The notes below the pieces were generated by a model. It made no database searches, had not been told where the DNA came from, and was given only the letters and a program-made list of their open reading frames with translations. Made by a program: the position numbers and the translations under genes. This document shows positions 57,900 through 64,000 of a DNA stretch of 64,000 bases, piece after piece. The stretch is from Rhynchopus sp. YZ270_cl-10. Taxonomy: Eukaryota. The stretch is from assembly GCA_964035575.1 (NCBI GenBank), contig OZ037833.1:2294001-2358000 (forward strand), given 5' to 3'. Within the stretch, counting starts at the first letter, position 1. Each line of letters starts with the position of its first letter.

Positions 57900-60536
57900 A
57901 TGTCCTTCTCTAACGAAGCAAAGCTTCGGAAGGGTGTAGATTTTGATATGAATGTAAAGTTCTATTCTGTGTCTACCCTAGGTGGAACGGGGAATGGGAA
58001 TGGTAGTGTTGCAAGCCCTTTGAAACCACCTACAGCACATGCCGCCTCCATTTCCCCAGCAGCGTCACCGCCTAACCCTCGCGGACGAGGCTCCCCAGCA
58101 CCATCTAACACTCTGACCTCATCCCCGACACCGTTCGGGTCGTTCACACGAAGCCCTTCAAACCCTTCGTCTCATATGCCACCACCCAGACGTAATAGAG
58201 AACCCCGCAACAACACTCCCCCGGTCACTTCTCCGCAGAACCATGCTCCTCCAACCAGAGCTTCGTCTTACAACATGGGAAGTACGTACTCCCATTTCCC
58301 AAAGACCAGCAGTAATGGAAGCAGTAGTGGGATGCGAAATGGTGGGGATAAAAATGGGTCGTACGAAGCAATGGGGTTTGTTCCGACGATGAGTATGCAG
58401 TCGAGTCATATGGAGGAGTTGGATGTATCATTTCCTCCGGATTCTCCACAAAGTGTCAGCGACTTTGGTGGGGAATATCACAACACCGCTTCAAACGCAA
58501 AGCACGACATAGAAAGCGAAGAATATCGGAATACCTGCAAAGGGAAGGTCTACAGAGTGCTGTCGTCCGCACCGTTTCAGGTCTTTTACATCTTTCTTTT
58601 GATCGGTGATTTGACAGTTCTCGCAATATCCTATTGGGCCGAAGCAGAAAGAGACAATCTTGTAAAACCACTGCACATAGTGACCTTCACTGATGCCTGC
58701 ATCTTCTTAGCAGAGTTGTGTCTGCGTGCTTGGTCTATGGGGTGTAGTGCGTTCTTTTATGGTCGTAACAAATGGATGCAGCGGTTTGAAACGGTGGTCC
58801 TCACTGCGTGCTGTGTGGTGGAGTTGATCACATTGATGGAGGACTATGGTGAGGTTATTCGGGGGATTTCTCCGGCGTTGTTGATATTTTTGAGGATTTT
58901 GCGGATGTGTCGGTTTTGCCGTTCGGTGTTAGTGGCGGTTGAGGTTGTGCGTGGTACGTCATCCGCTGCGCGTGGCTCTGTCTCAGGTAAACGCAAGCGG
59001 CATGTAACAGCGAAGTACGACCTAGACCTTGCCTACGTCACACCACGTATCATCGCCATGTCATGGCCCGGGCAAGGCAAAGAGGAGTTCTACCGCAACC
59101 CCCTGCACGTGGTAGAAAGTTTCCTAAGAGAGGAGCACCCAGACGGCTTCCGTGTCTTCAATCTGTGTCGTGAAAGGCATTATGACCCACAAAAATTTGA
59201 TGGTAGAGTTGAACGCTTTAAAATGGATGATCACAACGCAACGAATCTTGGGATGTTGGTCGATTTTTGCAAGACTGCAGACAAATGGATCAAGGAGTCG
59301 CCTAACAACGTTATTGTAGTGCACTGCAAGGCAGGGAAGGGGAGGACCGGGACCTGCATTTGCTCTTATCTTATGTACTCAGGGCAGGCGGCGACGGCTT
59401 CTGATGCAATGAAGATGTTTGCTGAGGCGCGTGCGGAGAAGGGGTTTTCGGGGGTGCAGAGCCCTTCGCAGGAACGATATTTGCGGTACTTTGAGACGTG
59501 GATGAATAAGCTTGACCAGAAGATGCCTACGTCGCGATGGAAGATCTCGAACATCACGTTGTCCGCACTTCCAAAGAATGTGTTAATAGACCTGAGCAAG
59601 CTGTGGCTTGTCATCATGGACGGTGAGTCAGGGGACATCGTCTGGTGCAGCTCCTCCTGCGCCGTCAGCATAGACGACACTCCAGAGAAGGTCGACGGAG
59701 ATGATGTCAGAAAAGAGAAAAAAATTGTCCCCGTGCCGGCCGCACCCACAGGCGACGAAGGCTACGTGGTGCACGTCAGCTTCAATGGTCAAGTCACAGA
59801 CTACACACCAAAACAGTACTACGCATACTTCGAGAAAGAACGTTCCGCACCAAAGGGCGCTGTCTCGATATCATTCAATGTGCAAAAGCTTGCGGCAAGA
59901 CGAGGTATGTGGGTAGAATGTGTTTGTTGATGATTTTTCTCCCTCTTAGAAACCCGAATAATATAGACAACGTTTTATCGCCTGATGCCAACTATTTTCT
60001 TCCTCTCTCCAAATTCTTGCGTCAAAATTCAGATCTCGCACTGTTTTTTTGGATGCGTTCAACGAAAATAATCTTCCCCTTTCCTAGTCGAATTATCAAG
60101 ATCAGGTAGCGACCGTAAAAATCGGGGGTTTTTTTATACCTACAAGAGCAGCTGGAAGGAGAAATAGTTGCTCCGATACGGTCGCCAATCACCCCCCTCC
60201 AACATTGTGCAATCAACGAGAAAACCTTTTTCCCTTTTACCTTACCCTATCAGAGTTACTATTTCTATGCCCTACGCTAAAGATTATATCTTAATCATTT
60301 CTTTCACAGGGGATGTCAGGTTTCACTGGTTTTTCGCAGAAGAGTCATGTCAAGTGCAAGTCAAAAATGCGTTATGGTGGATGTGGCTCAACGTCAGCAT
60401 GCTCGAGGTGAACTGTCCGAACAAAGAATGTACCTTGAATTTCCCAAGGGCAAAGATTGATGGCGCACACAAACGAAAACATGAAAAGAAATATCCAGAG
60501 AGCTTTGGCGCCGCGTTTCAGTTTAAGAGGGAGTGA
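57900..60536 (+). CDS. Voltage-sensor-containing PTEN-family phosphatase (VSP/TPTE-like), 2 exons
   Basis: Exons 57900-59904 and 60310-60536. Four TM segments with S4 FLRILRMCRFCR, linker VSGKRKRH, DLDLAYVTPRIIAMS, DDHN, HCKAGKGRTG, SPSQERY and a C2-type GDVRF. Confidence 0.92.
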
Positions 60537-61010
60537 CTTGAGGTTGGGGGATGGGGGGCAACAACAATGCCAAACCGCGCCTTTCTTGGTGTGTTCTGTG
60601 TTCTGTCTTATGTCTTATGTCTTGTGTTTGTTTATGTTTTATGGCGTTTGTTTTTTTGATTTTGATATTTATTCTAGAACGCACACTGTCGTTTTTCTGT
60701 ACTAAAAATGTTGTCTATTCGACGCAAAAATAAGTAAATGTCTGCTCGTAGTTTCAACAGTTTTAAGATGCGTTTGCACTTGAAATTTTCTCTTTTAGTT
60801 CATATTTCAGTACATCACATTCCGCACTGTTTTGTATCAAATTCTAGAAGAGGCTATCGCAGCAAGAAGGGGATATTAATGAGATGGGTTGGGAGGGTGT
60901 TTCTTGTGTTGTCTTCACAGATTTGTTTCTCTGTTCTTTCGTACGTTCAAAACAAAACAGGTTTCTGGGGTTTTTTTTTAAAAGGTGGTGCATTTAGTGC
61001 ACCCTATTGT

Positions 61011-62100
61011 CATACAATGCAACGAGGCCGGGTACGCCTGAAAATACTCGTATCTGGAAAATATATCTGAGGCGTGCCTGAGGCGTGCCTGAGGCGTACT
61101 CGGGATTAGTTACGTTTAAGTACGCCTCAGGCACGCCTGAGTATATATCAACGCATACTTGCGTTTCAGGCGCCTGGTGTGCATTTTTTCCCCGCAAAAA
61201 GGGCCTATGATGCATTTCCGGAGCGATCTAAAAAAATTCCGGGGTCGGACAATTTTTTTAGCAAAAAATGCGTGACTTTAAGTTTGCACGAAAAATCAGG
61301 GGAAAGTATACCCGGTTTCATATTTCTGCTGATACATAAAATTATTATGCACAGGTCATCACGTTTCTAAAGCATGCCATGTATTTCCTCCGCCCCCTGA
61401 AATGTGCTGAAATCAACTTTCGGTGTCCTGCTGAGAAAATTGCGGGGTCGCAAGATATTTTTAGTGGGAAAATATCATGGTTACTGCTTACAGTAAACTG
61501 CCTCCTAAAAAGAGGCTTCGCAGAAGATGAGTCATACCTCGGGTATGTGTAAAAAAGTCCGTTGGTCACCCCATAGTTGTACTAAAAATAGAGCTGTGGT
61601 CTGTGGATCAAGGAGGCCTGTGTAAAATTCTGGGATCTCGATGGGATCTCTCTAGCGTTAGAGGGTCCAGCCTTGTATGAGAGCCTCTTCCGTCTTGCAT
61701 CAAGTTGGGCCTCGAAGGGACCCAGTCGAAAAGCACCCCCGAGATTTGTTTCCAATGATTCTTGAATCAATGAAATACCCGAAGGTACCACCAAAATATA
61801 TATCATCAGCACCAAGGCTTAGCGAACCCTTTTCATTTTTTCGACTCGCTCGGTCCACAGGCACATTTTTCATCGCGCGACCCCGCATTTGAAAGATTTT
61901 GCTACCTCTGAATCGAAAACCACAAAATTTGGGGGTAAATACTTTTTTGTTCATGACCAAAATGCTGGTAAGAAATATAAATATACTCAGGCGTGCCTGA
62001 GGCGTACTTAAACGTAACTAATCCCGAGTACGCCTCAGGCACGCCTGAGTATTTATTTTCAGGCCTTGGCGAGGCCGACTCGGCCTCGTTGCATTGTATG
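61011..62100. mobile_element. Non-autonomous TIR element with 6-bp TSD TATTGT
   Basis: TIR CATACAATGCAACGAGGCCG. TATTGT at 61005-61010 and 62101-62106. A self-complementary GGCGTGCCTGAGGCGTACT block occurs inverted at both ends. Confidence 0.88.
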
Positions 62101-64000
62101 TATTGTACCTTCTATGCGAATTGATAAAATAATATGGGAAGCGCAAATAATGGAGAAAATAATAGCTGTGAATCGTATCGTATGATTCTAGTTTTATAAA
62201 CAAAATGAAATTTGTTTTATTGTGAAATGTTGTGTCTTATAGTTATGAGATGAGGGGCGGTTCACATCGTCACAGCAACCCCTCAAACGAAAGAAAACGA
62301 AACCAATCAAAAAAATAAACACTATCTCGCCCCAGCCAGTTTTTTGCCCTCAGTCATAACTCCCGATGTATTTTTTCTCTTCCGGGACGTCTATTACTGC
62401 AAGAAAGGGAAAAAAGGACATTTCCCCCTAAAAATGTGTGTGCACGAGAGGCACATTCATCTTTACTGCTAAGCATGAGAGGCTTAGTATCCTTTTTACC
62501 AACTTTTTGTTTTTTTCCCCCGCGAACTTTTTTTGTTGCACCGATCGTCTACTGAGGGGGAGTCCGGTACAGCAAGGCATTGTACTTCAAAAAGAACCAC
62601 AAATTGTCCTCAACTGGAGCTTTTATTATTATTATTTTTTGAAAGTACGGGCTTTGTATTTGAAGTCACATTTTTTGGATTTGTGGGGTCTGTTGCGCTT
62701 TTTTTTTTTTGTGGTTTTATCTATCCAAGCAACAGTGTTCACCGAACTGAGTAACGACCTTCAAGCACACCTTCAATGGATCTAGTTTTGGCAGCGACCT
62801 GCTCCTGACGAACGCCTTGGTGCAAAGGAACTAACTGCTGTGGTCGAACTCAATTCCTTTGATGACTCGAGGCCCCACCTTCCACCTGCTGTGTGATGTT
62901 CTCCTGTACCCTGCACCGTCGCTCCTGAAGGATGTGACATTTGAGTGCATTCCCCGCTGGGTGATTGTCGCAACAAAACGAAAAGAAAAGAAAAAAAAAG
63001 TACACAAGCAAACTCTTTGAATCAGTCTGCTCATCTTCAAATTTGACAAGATGTGTATGCAGGAAGGCATATTCATCTGTTTCAAAAAAAAAATTCTGAC
63101 GATTGAAAAAATGTACGCACTCATGTGCGGCATATTCGTTTTCTGAACATTATCCACCCATTCTGTTAGGTGACTAAGCGCACAGCGAAACTTAGGTTCA
63201 TCTTGCAATATTTTTTTCCCCCCTCTCTAGTACCTGCGTGTGTCGGTGGAGGCGTTTGCACTTTCTCTTTTTTTTTCTTCTATTTTCGCGGCAGCTGTTT
63301 TCCCCCCCAAATCTTATGAGCTACATCTGTCTGTCCCTCCATTACCACATCTCCCGCCGTTTTTTCCCTTCTTTTTTTTTAAAGATGTGCGTGCGTCGCG
63401 AAAACCCATCTTTCCAAATTTTCTTTTAGTGCGAAATTATTATTTGTTTTCTTCCAGCGATTTTTTTTTTTCGGCAAAAAAAATTCACGCGCATTGCAAA
63501 ACAAAACCAAAACCAAATTAGGGGATGAAAGTTGTGTGGATTTATTCAATGAATCCTATAACTACATGACGGTGAAGTTAATGACTTGACTTATGGTTTA
63601 CCGTTGGCTTACAACGGTGAAAACGACAAGTAAAACCACAAGTCAGGTCATTTGCTTCACCATCGTGTGGGCACTTCTTTTTTCACCCCCCTTCCCCCTT
63701 CCCCTTCCCCCCCTTTCCACCATTTGATGCATAGATGCTACAGGGTACTTTTGCCATCAGTGCAAAACCATCTCCGTTCCAACAATGTATCTGATTGAAA
63801 CCCTGCGACATAGAACTTCTGGTATGTCGTGTGTAATTTGAACATACGTAGAGGAAAGACAGGCCTCAAATCTTTGACGCTGTAAATGAGTCCGATTTTT
63901 TTCCAGTTTTTAGTGCTCATTTTAGGGGTTAACTCTAAAGAATTATATGACCACACCCACAGTCGAATAGATTTTTCTTTCTTGACATGGTTTGTCTTCT

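Noticed and set aside
60690..60715. TTTCTGTACT resembling the end of a euglenozoan spliced leader
   Set aside because: Only about 10 nt match, with no rest of the leader or donor site.

Overview
Eukaryotic nuclear DNA with short GT(ATG)-AG introns. The ATP synthase beta sequence is kinetoplastid-like but the genes are intron-rich, so the source is probably a euglenozoan such as a diplonemid (inference). Host genes form two co-directional blocks. At 1-16.4 kb all are on the minus strand: RPL5, ATP synthase beta, CDKAL1/MtaB, a JmjC protein, a PUB-like protein, a hypothetical gene and a proteobacteria-like folD. At 27.5-60.5 kb all are on the plus strand: two hypothetical genes, PB1-WD40, RPS15, a PUF protein, a SMYD-like SET protein, a PAS/HATPase/pseudo-receiver/MAP3K fusion and a voltage-sensor PTEN-type phosphatase. 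The 11-kb divergent strand-switch region between the blocks has no recognisable host gene. It holds two long hairpins with regularly spaced tandem G.A mismatches and GAA triloops, a 21-bp tandem array, two non-autonomous TIR elements with 7-bp TSDs and a 5.4-kb 14-bp satellite. The window also contains a hAT-like transposon, several MITEs, an orphan 5.8S rRNA-like sequence and three short dispersed repeat families that always lie in the sense of the local gene block. All exon coordinates were read by eye and no database searches were run.
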